Shown here in pieces: positions 28,488-41,259 of a DNA stretch of 64,000 bases. This DNA comes from an uncultured Bdellovibrionales bacterium. GTDB lineage: Bacteria > Patescibacteriota > Minisyncoccia > Moranbacterales > UBA1568. Both the position numbers and the translations under genes were made by a program. The stretch is from assembly GCA_964451495.1 (NCBI GenBank), contig CAYVHS010000002.1, positions 5,932 to 69,931 of the forward strand. Reading direction: 5' to 3'. A model generated the notes under the pieces. It was not told the DNA's origin, did not search any database, and saw only the letters and a list, made by a program, of their open reading frames with translations. How positions within the stretch are numbered: position 1 is the first letter of the stretch; every line of letters begins with the position of its first letter.

Positions 28488-29048
28488 TTATGCTGCTTTC
28501 AGCTCCTCAATTACCCGATCAACCTGAGCCTTCAATTCATCAAGCGAACCATCGTTGTTGATAATATATTTCGCATCGACACGCAAAGGCGGGATAGAAA
28601 TTTCTGTTTCCAAGAGATGATCTTGTTTGAATTCATCATATGTCTTGGTCGGATCATCAGCATTCTGGCGACGAGCGGTGAGACGTTCATACCGGCGAGC
28701 CATATCCGCCTCCACATAGATGAGCGTGAATTCCGGCAACTTCTTCACAAGATCAATATCTGACACACGACGAATCCCATCTATAACCACCAAAGCATGA
28801 TCATCATTTTGAGCATCATTTTCGATGACGTGGGCTAAAATATCCTCACCGAACGTGTTACGCAGAGCGTGCGAAATGCCGGCGAGGTTTTTTCGTATCT
28901 GAGGCAAATGCAAACAATCCAAAATATCGCGGAGTGGATCAGAAAAACGAAATTGCTTGGCACTATACCGCTCTACCAGATACTTCGTCACCGTATCCTT
29001 GCCCGATGCCATCTCGCCCGTTATCCCCAAAATGATTTTCTGTGCCAT
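28488..29048 (-). CDS. P-loop nucleotide/deoxynucleotide monophosphate kinase-like protein
   Basis: GITGEMASGKDT Walker A. The size and context resemble dNMP or dephospho-CoA kinase-like enzymes. Confidence 0.45.
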   Translation of the reverse strand: MAQKIILGITGEMASGKDTVTKYLVERYSAKQFRFSDPLRDILDCLHLPQIRKNLAGISHALRNTFGEDILAHVIENDAQNDDHALVVIDGIRRVSDIDLVKKLPEFTLIYVEADMARRYERLTARRQNADDPTKTYDEFKQDHLLETEISIPPLRVDAKYIINNDGSLDELKAQVDRVIEELKAA

Positions 29049-29052
29049 TATG

Positions 29053-29541
29053 TTATTTCTCCAGTGTTACGAATGAGAATTGATGCATGCCATTATTCAA
29101 CTTTTCTTCACTCACAACCCGAGTAAAGAGAGAGTATTCCGGGAAAAACGTATCTGCTTCATACTCACCCTCTACCAGCGTCAGATACAATCGATCAGCC
29201 AGAGGAATGAACTGCTTGTAGATACTAGCACCACCGATGATGAATATTTCTTCTTGCTCTACTTCTTTGGCTTTCGCCAGTGCCGCATCAATCGATGTCA
29301 CAACTACGCAGCCTTCAGGGACGAAATCTGGTGTCAGTGATAATACAATGTTTGTCCGATTAGGGAGCGGTCTCCCGATAGACTTGAAAGTATTCTCCCC
29401 CATGATAATTGCATGTCCGCTCGTCAGATCTTTAAAATGTTTAAAATCTTCTGGGATATGCCAAAGCAACGCGTTATTTTTCCCGATAGCGCGATCCTTA
29501 CTGGCGATGGCTGAAATGATGCTTATTCTCGGTATTTTCAT
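29053..29541 (-). CDS. folA: dihydrofolate reductase (start at MKIPRISIISAIA)
   Basis: ISIISAIASKDRAIGKNNALLWHIPEDFKHFKDLTSGHAIIMGENTF is the canonical DHFR N-terminal region. Confidence 0.85.
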   Translation of the reverse strand: MKIPRISIISAIASKDRAIGKNNALLWHIPEDFKHFKDLTSGHAIIMGENTFKSIGRPLPNRTNIVLSLTPDFVPEGCVVVTSIDAALAKAKEVEQEEIFIIGGASIYKQFIPLADRLYLTLVEGEYEADTFFPEYSLFTRVVSEEKLNNGMHQFSFVTLEK

Positions 29542-29623
29542 ACTCTTTATAGTACCGCATTTTATGATTTTTTCCAAAAAAATCCCCACCTCGTGAAAAG
29601 CGGGAATCTAACAATCTTCAAGG

Positions 29624-30541
29624 CTAGACAGCGATGGGTGCCTTGATACTTTCATGCGACTGATAGCCTTCGAGTGTGAAATCCTCAATTTTGAAATCAA
29701 AGATATTTTCCACATTCGGATTGAGTATCATCTTCGACAAAGGCAGCGGCTCGCGCGAGAGCTGTAGCGCTACCTGATCGAAATGATTGCTATAGATATG
29801 CACATCTCCACCCGTCCAGACGAATTCTCCTGGTTCGAGATCACACACCTGCGCTATCATCATTGTCAAAAGCGCATATGACGCGATATTGAACGGTACA
29901 CCGAGGAGGGTGTCACAACTGCGCTGATACAGCTGACACGACAATTTTCCATCCGCCACATAGAACTGGAACAAGCAGTGGCACGGTGGCAGTCCCGACT
30001 TGGCCATTTCCTCGATATCCGCCACATTCCAAGCTGAAACAATCATACGGCGCGAATCCGGAGATTTCTTAATCTGCTCAATGACTTGAGTAATCTGATC
30101 GATGTGCTTTCCATCCGGTGTAGGCCAGCTCCGCCACTGATAACCATAGATCGGTCCCAATCCTCCATACTCATGAGCAAAATCAGCATCCGTCTTGATC
30201 TTCTCGAGAAAAACTGTCATGCCAGTATTCCAAGCTTCGGACCCGCTCTCCGGTACTGTCTGTCCAGTCTGTTCCAGATATGCCTTGTACGGCCATGAAT
30301 CCCAAATATGCACATCCCTATCAGCCAGATATTTCAGATTAGAATCACCATTCAGAAACCAGATGAGCTCCTCGATGATACCACGCGTGAACATTTTCTT
30401 GGTCGTCATGAGCGGAAAGCCTGCCGACAAATCAAAACGCATCTGATAACCAAAAACGCTCTTGGTTCCCGTTCCTGTCCGATCGGTCTTCACCTTACCC
30501 GTTTCCATGATGTGTTGCAAAAGATCCAGATACTGTCTCAT
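29624..30541 (-). CDS. thyA: thymidylate synthase
   Basis: [26 protein letters not shown]…[11 protein letters not shown] contains the ThyA active-site region. Confidence 0.95.
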   Translation of the reverse strand: MRQYLDLLQHIMETGKVKTDRTGTGTKSVFGYQMRFDLSAGFPLMTTKKMFTRGIIEELIWFLNGDSNLKYLADRDVHIWDSWPYKAYLEQTGQTVPESGSEAWNTGMTVFLEKIKTDADFAHEYGGLGPIYGYQWRSWPTPDGKHIDQITQVIEQIKKSPDSRRMIVSAWNVADIEEMAKSGLPPCHCLFQFYVADGKLSCQLYQRSCDTLLGVPFNIASYALLTMMIAQVCDLEPGEFVWTGGDVHIYSNHFDQVALQLSREPLPLSKMILNPNVENIFDFKIEDFTLEGYQSHESIKAPIAV

Positions 30542-30640
30542 GATATTTTCTTTTATGAATAAAAGATGCTAAAAACAGCTCACCTATAAAACAATTCTAA
30601 CATGCTCGAAAAAAAGCCTCAAATATACTCTGAAAAATAA

Positions 30641-30667
30641 AAAACCTCTTAACGAGAGGTTTTTTTG
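30641..30667. terminator. bidirectional intrinsic terminator overlapping the dcd stop codon
   Basis: AAAACCTCT-TAACG-AGAGGTTTT, a 9-bp stem with T/A runs on both sides. Confidence 0.6.
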
Positions 30668-31227
30668 TTAAAATTGAGGTGCATTTTCGATGCTTCCGGC
30701 TTCATGTCTCCAAGATACTTACTATTAAGCCCCTTGGCGCCATACGGTTTGTCGCAAGGTGATGAGAGATACTCAAATGCCATCTGACCGATTGGCATCT
30801 TATAATATAGCTTTATAGGCAACTTACCAGCGTTATAAAGCTCAAGTGTCATTTTGAGAGAATTACCCGGATCGAGATAGCCAGCTGTCGTATGAATGAT
30901 AAGGCCAAGGCGACCAAGCGAGCTCTTGCCCTCGAGGCGACCGACGAGCTTGGCCGACACGCCCGTCTCTTCGAAAATGAGACCGAGTGCAAACTCGTTC
31001 GGGTGAAGAATAAATGCTTCCTCGCCTTTGATCTCTACCGGCTTCATAAGATTGTTGGACGGACATTTTGGATCAATGACAAAGTGTTTGGATGTATCAA
31101 ATACAAGAAAATGACGATCCAGATGTAAATCCACACTGGCCGGCTGTACGCATTCACGCTTAAACGGTTTGAGAGTAATCTCCCCTGCTTTGATTTCTTT
31201 GATGATATCACGATCTGAAAGTATCAT
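30649..31227 (-). CDS. dcd: dCTP deaminase
   Basis: MILSDRDIIKEI…LKPF…VQPASVDLHLD is the Dcd N-terminus; length is 192 aa. Confidence 0.9.
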   Translation of the reverse strand: MILSDRDIIKEIKAGEITLKPFKRECVQPASVDLHLDRHFLVFDTSKHFVIDPKCPSNNLMKPVEIKGEEAFILHPNEFALGLIFEETGVSAKLVGRLEGKSSLGRLGLIIHTTAGYLDPGNSLKMTLELYNAGKLPIKLYYKMPIGQMAFEYLSSPCDKPYGAKGLNSKYLGDMKPEASKMHLNFNKKTSR

Positions 31228-31253
31228 ACGCGTACATGAAATTTTATAGCAAA

Positions 31254-31274
31254 GCGGACCCGAAAAGGGTCCGC
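31254..31274 (-). terminator. hairpin between rplA and dcd (terminator/attenuator candidate)
   Basis: GCGGACCC-GAAAA-GGGTCCGC, a perfect 8-bp stem. A moderately T-rich tract follows on the minus strand. Confidence 0.45.
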
Positions 31275-31281
31275 AGCAACA

Positions 31282-31971
31282 TTATATCTTTATCGCCAGG
31301 CTTGGGCCCATCGTTGAGCAGAACGCGACTGATTTTACCAGTCGTCCTTTCATATTTTCTGACTTCGCTTTATTGAGCGTATCGCGAAAGGTCGCGTAGT
31401 TTTCGAGAAGCGCTTCGGGCGTAAACGACAGCTTGCCGATTACCTGATGTACATTAGCTGAATCATCATTTTTGAAACTCACTTTCTTTCCTTTTTTGAG
31501 CATTTCGACGGCTTCTTTAATCTTCGGTGTGACAGTCTCGGTCTTCGGTGATGGCATCATACCCTTGGGTCCGAGGATCTTGGCGATGACAGCAAGTTTA
31601 GGCATCATTTCTGGCGTAGCGAGTAGTACATCAAATGCTTGACCAGGAACCACTTTGCCACTCTTGATATCAGCGATCAATTCTTCGCCGCCGATAAGAT
31701 CAGCCTGTGCTTCCTCGGCCTCTTTTTCTTTGGTGCTCGTAACGACAGCAACTTTCTGGGCACGCCCAGTGCCATGAGGCAATATGACCGTCGCACGGAT
31801 CATTTCGTCCGACTTCTTCGGATTGATGCCCAAGCGAACGTGTACTTCGACAGACTCATCAAACTTGGCCATCTTATTCTCCTTGATAAAGGCAATCGCC
31901 TCTTCCGGAGTATATTCTTTCTTCGCTTCGAGCTTGAGAGCTACGCTACGATAGTTCTTACCGTGTTTCAT
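31282..31971 (-). CDS. rplA: 50S ribosomal protein L1
   Basis: 229 aa with typical L1 sequence (…KFDESVEVHVRLGINPKKSDEMIRATVILPHGTG…). Confidence 0.95.
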   Translation of the reverse strand: MKHGKNYRSVALKLEAKKEYTPEEAIAFIKENKMAKFDESVEVHVRLGINPKKSDEMIRATVILPHGTGRAQKVAVVTSTKEKEAEEAQADLIGGEELIADIKSGKVVPGQAFDVLLATPEMMPKLAVIAKILGPKGMMPSPKTETVTPKIKEAVEMLKKGKKVSFKNDDSANVHQVIGKLSFTPEALLENYATFRDTLNKAKSENMKGRLVKSVAFCSTMGPSLAIKI

Positions 31972-32028
31972 ATACTTGTTTTCGTGGTATTAGCATCCGC
32001 CAGTTGGCGGACTCCCACAAATAAAAAA

Positions 32029-32454
32029 TTAATCAACAACTTTGATACCCATAGAACGAGCGGAACCGGCGATGATCTTGGCTGCGGCATCCACATCATT
32101 GGCATTGAGATCAACCATTTTCTTTTCAGCGATTTCGCGCACCTGTGCCATCGTCACCTGCCCTGCTTTGTCCTTGAGAGGATTGGCAGCGGCCTTTTCA
32201 ATACCAGCGGCTTTCTTCAAAAGATCAGAAGCTGGGGAAGTTTTGAGTACAAACGTAAATGTACGGTCCTCATACACCGTGATTTCTGCTGGAACGATAT
32301 CACCCATACGATCCTTAGATGCCTCGTTGAATTTTCCACAGAAATCCTGGATGTTCAGGCCGTGCTGTCCGAGAGCTGGTCCAACTGGAGGAGCTGGGTT
32401 CGCCTTGCCTGCGGCGATCTGGAGCTTGATAACTGTCTTTATTGCCTTTGCCAT
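32029..32454 (-). CDS. rplK: 50S ribosomal protein L11
   Basis: [35 protein letters not shown] is canonical L11. Confidence 0.95.
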   Translation of the reverse strand: MAKAIKTVIKLQIAAGKANPAPPVGPALGQHGLNIQDFCGKFNEASKDRMGDIVPAEITVYEDRTFTFVLKTSPASDLLKKAAGIEKAAANPLKDKAGQVTMAQVREIAEKKMVDLNANDVDAAAKIIAGSARSMGIKVVD

Positions 32455-32521
32455 ATATTCATTGTGACAGACTGGGTAAGAAGCTTAGTGTACCCTGCCT
32501 ATATTAGTTACTTGCGTATAT

Positions 32522-33067
32522 TTATGCCTTCTTTACCTGGAGAAAGTCCAGCTCTACCGGAGTCTCACGACCGAAGATAGATACGAGCACTTTGACTTTG
32601 CCTTTTTCTTCATCAATTTCTTGGATCTTGCCTTCGAAATCCTTGAACGGACCATCAGCGATCTTCACGGCATCATTCACATGCACATCGATTTTGTATT
32701 TCGGCTCTGCGACACCCATACGCTTCTTGAGTGAGTCGATCTCTTTGGGGTCAACCGGTGTCGGTGTCGTGCCGAGACCGATGAAACCAGTCACGTTCGG
32801 CGTATTGCGCACCACATACCACGAGGCATCGGTCACCATCATATCGACGAGGACATACCCTGGATAAATACGCTCTTCTACCACGATACGCTTACCGGCT
32901 CTGATCTTGATCTTTTTCTCTTTCGGCACCAGGACATCAAAAATGAATTCCTGCATGTCCATAGAATCGATACGCTGTTTCAAATTGCGAGCGACGTTAT
33001 CCTCATAACCAGAATAAGTATGAAGGACATACCAGGCACGTCCGTGATGTTGGGTCTGCTTTGCCAT
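32522..33067 (-). CDS. nusG: transcription termination/antitermination factor NusG
   Basis: WYVLHTYSGYEDNV…(NGN domain) and a C-terminal KOW (VKIADGPFKDFEGKIQEID). Confidence 0.9.
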   Translation of the reverse strand: MAKQTQHHGRAWYVLHTYSGYEDNVARNLKQRIDSMDMQEFIFDVLVPKEKKIKIRAGKRIVVEERIYPGYVLVDMMVTDASWYVVRNTPNVTGFIGLGTTPTPVDPKEIDSLKKRMGVAEPKYKIDVHVNDAVKIADGPFKDFEGKIQEIDEEKGKVKVLVSIFGRETPVELDFLQVKKA

Positions 33068-33091
33068 AGATTGAGATTGATTAGTTGAAAA

Positions 33092-33286
33092 TTATTTGAT
33101 CAAATAGCGTTCGACCAGAAAACTGAAGAAAAAGTCCAGTCCTCCGAGAAAAACTGCCATTCCAAGACTAATGGCAATCACCAAAAGCGTGTATTGGATA
33201 ATCTGCTTCTGCGATGGCCAGTTCACACGCGAAAGTTCCGCTTTGGCCTCGATCAGAAACGTGAGAATTGTTTGCATATTTTTCAC
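33092..33286 (-). CDS. secE: preprotein translocase subunit SecE
   Basis: 64 aa single-TM protein directly upstream of nusG (…ELSRVNWPSQKQIIQYTLLVIAISL…). Confidence 0.8.
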   Translation of the reverse strand: MKNMQTILTFLIEAKAELSRVNWPSQKQIIQYTLLVIAISLGMAVFLGGLDFFFSFLVERYLIK

Positions 33287-33444
33287 CTCTTTAAAAAAGC
33301 CCGGGAGGGCTTTGTAGACTGATAGTACCAGAAAAGGTCGTGACTGTCAATTTACCCGGTGAAATTCCACTGGAAAGGTAGGTGATACAAAGTATCGTAT
33401 TTCACAGTGTGAACCCTGAAATTCTGGCGAGAGCGAAACAAAGC

Positions 33445-33975
33445 CTAAAAAAGCTCTACTTCATCAAAAAATTTCTTATATTGATCGAGTTCTTCGTTAG
33501 CATCTTCCCGCGAAATACTGAAGTCCGCTTCATGGATAATACGATTGCGTATCGCATGCGCTTCGATGAGCATGTCTCTGGTTTCGAGCTGTCCCGCATG
33601 GATGCCTTCCATTTTCTCCCCCATAGTCGCCCCCTTGAAACCCATCCCAGCTAATATCTCATCAGCCATCGCGTCCGCTTCGAGAAGAGCTACTTTGAAT
33701 TGCGATGGATTATCACTTGCCAATCGACTTAAAATATTTTCCCAGCGTTTAATCGCCGATGAACGAGCCATAAGGGGCCGATTGGTTCCAAAAAGGGCCG
33801 ATTTCACATCCGAAGAAAATCCCCGGAGTAGAAAGAGGAGCACGATATCAGCAAACAACACGGAAACGTACACGAACAGGAAAAACTTGAGGGCCGCGAT
33901 AAAGAAAGAAGCCTCCAAAAATTGAGAGGTAGTCGTGATTATACCAGATAACACTCCTATGATATCGACATCCAT
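33445..33975 (-). CDS. hypothetical membrane-anchored protein
   Basis: 176 aa with N-terminal TM helices. The soluble C-terminal part contains IRNRIIHE (Rx4H). Confidence 0.4.
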   Translation of the reverse strand: MDVDIIGVLSGIITTTSQFLEASFFIAALKFFLFVYVSVLFADIVLLFLLRGFSSDVKSALFGTNRPLMARSSAIKRWENILSRLASDNPSQFKVALLEADAMADEILAGMGFKGATMGEKMEGIHAGQLETRDMLIEAHAIRNRIIHEADFSISREDANEELDQYKKFFDEVELF

Positions 33976-33990
33976 ACTGAGTATTGTTTA

Positions 33991-35439
33991 CTATATTTGT
34001 TTCTCAAAGGCGTCTGCCACACAAAGAAGCGTTTCTTCATCAAACCATTTTCCCATCAATTGTCCACCGATCGGCAGCGCTTTGCCATTTTCTTCTATCG
34101 TACCTATCGGGAAAGAAATCCCAGGAACACCGGCGAGGTTGGCTGTTACCGTGTAAATATCCGACAGATACATCTTGAGCGGATCATCGGTTTTCTCGCC
34201 CATACGAAATGCTGGCTCGGGAGTAGTCGGTGAAAATATCATATCCACATCTTTGAATGCCTCTTCGAAGTCCTGCTTGATAAGCGCCCGGACCTTCTGC
34301 GCTTTATTGTAATACGCATCGTAGTATCCTGCCGAGAGCGTATAGGTGCCGAGCATAATACGTCGCTTGACCTCCGGCCCAAATCCATGTCGCCTCGTAT
34401 CAAGATACGTCTCCAAAAGAGCGCTCGTCTCGCCTTGTGAATCTTTCTGATCATTTATAGAAAGGCCGTACTTGATACCATCGAAACGAGCGAGATTAGA
34501 ACTCACCTCTGAGGGCATAAGGATATAATACACCGGCAAAGCATACGCACTATGCGGGAGCGAGATCTCTTTCACGGTCATCCCGAGCCTTGTGAAACGA
34601 TCGATGGCGTCATCAGCAACTTGGCGCACCCGAGGGTCGAGACTCTCTCCGAAATATTCTTTCGGTATGCCTATCGTAACCCCAGCGACATCACCGGTCA
34701 GATACGCTTCAAATGGTTTCTGATTATCAACTGGTGCTGTTGTAGCATCATACACATCCGATCCGGCAATACGAGAGAAAACGATGGCAACATCTTCGAC
34801 GCTTTTGCCAAATACTCCGATCTGATCCAGACTCGATGCCATAGCCAGCAATCCATACCGAGATACACGACCATACGTCGGCTTGAGACCGACAACACCA
34901 CAAAAAGAAGCCGGTTGACGGATTGATCCACCCGTATCGCTTCCCAGAGCCCAGACGGCCTCATCCGCTGCCACAGCAGCTGCCGATCCGCCGGAAGAAC
35001 CACCGGGAACACGCTCGGTATCTACTGGATTTTTTGTTTTTTGATAAGCACTTGATTCTGTCGATGAACCCATGGCAAATTCATCCATATTGGTCTTGCC
35101 GAGCATGAGAGCGTTCACATTCCGGAGTTTCGTTATTACCGTCGCATCGTAGGGAGCGATATAATTGTCGAGAATCTTCGATCCGGCGGTCGTACGGACA
35201 CCTTCGATACAAATATTATCTTTGATAGCTCCTGGGATACCCGCGAGCATATCGATCTCTTCTCCGCGTTTCAGACGATCATCCACAAACGCCGCTTCTT
35301 TCATCACTTCATCACGGAGCACCGTCAAATAGGCCCCGATGTGTGGATCCCTCTCTTCAATAGCCTGGAGATATTTTTCTGCCAACCCAGTAGCGGTTTC
35401 TTCGCCAGCGACAAGTTTTTCGTGTAATGCTCGAATCAT
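33991..35439 (-). CDS. gatA: Glu-tRNA(Gln) amidotransferase subunit A (start at MIRALHEKL)
   Basis: Amidase signature GGSSGGSAAAVAA…GSDTGGSIRQPASFCGVVGLKPTYG. Confidence 0.95.
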   Translation of the reverse strand: MIRALHEKLVAGEETATGLAEKYLQAIEERDPHIGAYLTVLRDEVMKEAAFVDDRLKRGEEIDMLAGIPGAIKDNICIEGVRTTAGSKILDNYIAPYDATVITKLRNVNALMLGKTNMDEFAMGSSTESSAYQKTKNPVDTERVPGGSSGGSAAAVAADEAVWALGSDTGGSIRQPASFCGVVGLKPTYGRVSRYGLLAMASSLDQIGVFGKSVEDVAIVFSRIAGSDVYDATTAPVDNQKPFEAYLTGDVAGVTIGIPKEYFGESLDPRVRQVADDAIDRFTRLGMTVKEISLPHSAYALPVYYILMPSEVSSNLARFDGIKYGLSINDQKDSQGETSALLETYLDTRRHGFGPEVKRRIMLGTYTLSAGYYDAYYNKAQKVRALIKQDFEEAFKDVDMIFSPTTPEPAFRMGEKTDDPLKMYLSDIYTVTANLAGVPGISFPIGTIEENGKALPIGGQLMGKWFDEETLLCVADAFEKQI

Positions 35440-35477
35440 ACGTCTATCAAAACACAATTATCACTTCCGTTCTTATC

Positions 35478-35765
35478 CTAAAACACCGACTTCACTTTCA
35501 AAAATCCATCCTTCGCGTCTGGGAAATTTTTTTTCAATGCTTCCTTCCCAAGACTACCAAAATCCTCTGTCCGATCTTCACGTGCCTCTCCTGTCCGTCC
35601 GGTAATATGGCCAATCATTTCTACCTTATCCGTATCCGCCTCCTCTAACTCACGGAAAAAATCCAAAACAGCGGAAAGATCTTTTTGATACTTTTCCACC
35701 TCTTCCTCTTTCAGTCCGATGCGGGCCAAATGAGCTATATGCTTTACTTCATCCTGAGTTAACAT
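35478..35765 (-). CDS. gatC: Glu-tRNA(Gln) amidotransferase subunit C (start at MLTQDEVKHIAHLAR)
   Basis: DEVKHIAHLARIGL…LSAVLDF is the GatC motif; about 95 aa. Confidence 0.85.
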   Translation of the reverse strand: MLTQDEVKHIAHLARIGLKEEEVEKYQKDLSAVLDFFRELEEADTDKVEMIGHITGRTGEAREDRTEDFGSLGKEALKKNFPDAKDGFLKVKSVF

Positions 35766-35882
35766 AATATGAAATAATTTTAAATTTCTAAGTTTCAATT
35801 TTCAAACAATGAACTAATTTTTAAATTTCAAAATTAAATTATTGAAAATTGTTTAGAAATTATAAATTGATAATTGAAAATT
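35766..35882. repeat. AT-rich inverted-repeat element, copy 2 (ligA–gatC intergenic)
   Basis: AATTTCTAAGTTTCAATTTTCAAACAATGAA … TTGAAAATTGTTTAGAAATT. It shares the TTTTCAAACAAT core and overall architecture with 20320..20440. Confidence 0.55.
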
Positions 35883-38694
<2,812 letters not shown>

Positions 38695-38695
38695 A

Positions 38696-39274
38696 TTATT
38701 TCCAACTCATCAGATTTAATTCGGTAAACACACAATCATTGTCGGAATGACAATCAGCCGAACTTCCACTAGAAGGCGGGGTATAGGTTCCCCAATATAC
38801 AAAACTCTTCACAATCGCCGAAACACTTGCATTATTATAATTTACAAAAATATACCTCGAAAACTTTTCATCCGCAGTATTGTTATACTGATAGAATCCA
38901 CCACTATACTGGAGTGTATAACGTGAAGCTGCGCCCTGAGACGCCTGGCAATTCAGACTGGTTATCGGATCATTATAATCGATACGGCAGTGTTTATTCG
39001 CATTCGAAAATGAAGTAAATCCTGTACCGCCTATTGCAAAATCATTATCGCGCACATTGCGCACGAGTTCGATACCCTCCTGTGCCAACTCCGTCGCGAT
39101 GATAGAATCACGACTCGCGAACGAACTCCCCATGCTCGTTGTAACAAGACCCGAAACCGCGAGCAATCCCGCCGTCAACACGAAAGCAGAAAGAACCGTT
39201 TCTCCTATAGAGAAACCCCTGAGAAAACCCTTCTTTGAAGAACATTGAGACATAAAAAACATTACAATGGACAA
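38696..39274 (-). CDS. pilin-like protein (prepilin-type leader RG|FSIGETVLSAFVL; start may be an internal Met)
   Basis: N-terminal KKGFLRGFSIGE with Glu at +5 followed by a hydrophobic helix. Confidence 0.5.
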   Translation of the reverse strand: MSIVMFFMSQCSSKKGFLRGFSIGETVLSAFVLTAGLLAVSGLVTTSMGSSFASRDSIIATELAQEGIELVRNVRDNDFAIGGTGFTSFSNANKHCRIDYNDPITSLNCQASQGAASRYTLQYSGGFYQYNNTADEKFSRYIFVNYNNASVSAIVKSFVYWGTYTPPSSGSSADCHSDNDCVFTELNLMSWK

Positions 39275-39774
39275 GTAGAGCCAGCTTGATCAAGCATACG
39301 ACCGTTGAAATACACACATGCGACATGCGTAACGCCAGATTTCGTGAATACCACCGCTCTACTACCACTCGCAAGCCCCACTATCACACCATGCGGCAAA
39401 CCAAACTCTAGAGACCCCGTGGCAGAAAAACTGGCTCCGCCCTTCAGTGAATACGTAGTAACAATAGAACTTTGACTACATGCTCCGCCAGCGTTCTTGT
39501 ACTTGTACGTCATGGTATAGCTCGCACCACTCCAATCAACGACATAACCGCAGGGGTCCGTCCCTGCGATCAACTGTTTCCCCGTCAAAGCATAATTCTG
39601 AGCTTCGCGTACGATTCCCACAAACTCACGTGCGTTTGTCTCGACGGCTTTGGCCGACCTCCCACTACTGAAACCACTGAAAAGAAGACTGGAAAGAATG
39701 CCAATAATAGCTACTACCACCGCTATTTCAATCAGAGTAAACGCCCGTAGTGTATTTTGTATTTGTTTTTTCAT
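39262..39774 (-). CDS. type IV pilin (start at MKKQIQNTLRAFTLIEIAVV; the ORF-track N-terminal extension is rejected)
   Basis: Class III leader (…RA|FTLIEIAVVVAIIGIL); 170 aa. Confidence 0.7.
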   Translation of the reverse strand: MKKQIQNTLRAFTLIEIAVVVAIIGILSSLLFSGFSSGRSAKAVETNAREFVGIVREAQNYALTGKQLIAGTDPCGYVVDWSGASYTMTYKYKNAGGACSQSSIVTTYSLKGGASFSATGSLEFGLPHGVIVGLASGSRAVVFTKSGVTHVACVYFNGRMLDQAGSTCPL

Positions 39775-39836
39775 ACATTCATTGTAACAGAAAATCATAA
39801 AGCAGTCGAAATTTTCCACATCCGCAAAAACTCGTT

Positions 39837-40652
39837 CTATAACAATGAGTACAAGACAAAAAATCTTGTATATCCTGGGAAGATCTCTGGGAGGAAAAGA
39901 GCGAGGAGCGTCCCCAAAACGAGAAACGGTGCAAACGGAATCTGGCTTTTCAAATTCTTGCCCCCGAGATACATGCTCGCAATACCAATAGAGGCACCCG
40001 ATGCAAACGAAAGTGTGAGCATAAACAAAGCGACTGGAAGCCCGACCGCCATGCCACACACGAGACCGAGCCACACATCACCCCAACCCATCCATGTCTC
40101 ACGAGAAATAAACACGAGTGCAAAAAAGAAGAGAGAAACAGCCGCGCCGCCCAGCAAAGCCAACCCTAATCGACTTAACCAAAAAATTTGTCCGAACTCA
40201 AAATCAGAAAACAGAAAAAGGAGCGTCATGCAAGCGCTCACTACGAGAAGGATAATAGGGATTTCCATATACTTGAGATCATACGCAGCGATGACTACGA
40301 AACAACTGACGATACCCAAGAGCCACAGTGTCTCGGCCCAGGTAGATGGATTGATGGGAGAAAAAAAATAATACCCCACCAAGGCGAATAATACACCCGT
40401 CAAGACCTCAAGTATGGGGTATTGCCAAGAAATTTTTTCGCTACAATCGCGACACTCGCCCCGGAGTAGGATGAAACTAAGAAGCGGGATATTATCATAC
40501 CAGCGAATCTGATGTTGACAGCTACGACAAAACGAACGCCCAAAAATCGTTTCAGCGTCCCTCAATCGGCAAACAACCACATTGAGGAAGCTACCGATAA
40601 TAAGACCAAATATGAAAAAAAAGAGAATAGAAAACATACTTACAGTATACAC
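39837..40652 (-). CDS. pilD: prepilin peptidase (A24 family)
   Basis: GLIIGSFLNVVVCRL…CRSCQHQIRWYDNIPLLS…CRDC is the tetra-Cys N-terminal domain, followed by a polytopic peptidase core. Confidence 0.9.
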   Translation of the reverse strand: MYTVSMFSILFFFIFGLIIGSFLNVVVCRLRDAETIFGRSFCRSCQHQIRWYDNIPLLSFILLRGECRDCSEKISWQYPILEVLTGVLFALVGYYFFSPINPSTWAETLWLLGIVSCFVVIAAYDLKYMEIPIILLVVSACMTLLFLFSDFEFGQIFWLSRLGLALLGGAAVSLFFFALVFISRETWMGWGDVWLGLVCGMAVGLPVALFMLTLSFASGASIGIASMYLGGKNLKSQIPFAPFLVLGTLLALFLPEIFPGYTRFFVLYSLL

Positions 40653-40833
40653 ATGTATACATAAAAAATAAAGGGGACACTACCACCTTCTACATTATCA
40701 TTATTACGTTGGATTTTATCAAAGAATACATCTACTCTGCGTATAATCGAAGTATATATCCCAAAAGAAAAAAGTAGGCATTCGCCTACTTTTTTCAAAA
40801 AAGCAACTAGCTATACAAAAATGTTTTATGAAC

Positions 40834-41217
40834 CTAACAACCAGCTGGGAATGTCGCACCATTCTGTGTAACCGTTGTCGAGTCACATGCTACTGGAACC
40901 GATGTTACGTCCGAAGAAATAGTCACCGAAAATGTGCCCGCGCCTGTTGGTCCACAATCAGCACTACCCGCAGTAAACGTTGTTTTAGCACTAGATGCTG
41001 AAGCAGTAGCAATAGCAGTAGTGAGTGCGGCAGCGCTCGTATCACAAGCAATCAAAAACGCTGATGTCGCAGCAGATGCTTCTGATTTAAATGATGCAAT
41101 TTCTGCCTTAGCTCTAGCACCAGAAAGACTCACTAACACAATAGACGCCAAAATACCAATGATGGCAATAACAATCAGCAGTTCGATGAGTGTAAAGCCC
41201 TTTAATGACTGTTTCAT
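40834..41217 (-). CDS. type IV pilin (G|[17 protein letters not shown])
   Basis: [16 protein letters not shown]… is a canonical prepilin. The C-terminus is Ser/Thr/Ala-rich and carries Cys pairs. Confidence 0.85.
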   Translation of the reverse strand: MKQSLKGFTLIELLIVIAIIGILASIVLVSLSGARAKAEIASFKSEASAATSAFLIACDTSAAALTTAIATASASSAKTTFTAGSADCGPTGAGTFSVTISSDVTSVPVACDSTTVTQNGATFPAGC

Positions 41218-41259
41218 ATATTTTTACTTCCTTTTTAATCAATAATCTCTTTGAAAATT

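Noticed and set aside
31639-32580. 313-aa plus-strand ORF across rplA/rplK, and 32042..32467 antisense to rplK
   Set aside because: They overlap two canonical ribosomal protein genes on the opposite strand and have no recognisable domains.
33287-33444. Expected tRNA-Trp upstream of secE
   Set aside because: Manual scan found no acceptor or T-arm (GTTCRANYC) pattern in the 158-nt spacer. The only tRNA fold I could build in the window is tRNA-Ser at 63068..63154.
39775-40074. 100-codon N-terminal extension of the pilin ORF at 39262..40074
   Set aside because: The class III prepilin leader MKKQIQNTLRAFTLIE must be at the N-terminus for PilD processing. The extension overlaps pilD's 3' end on the same strand.
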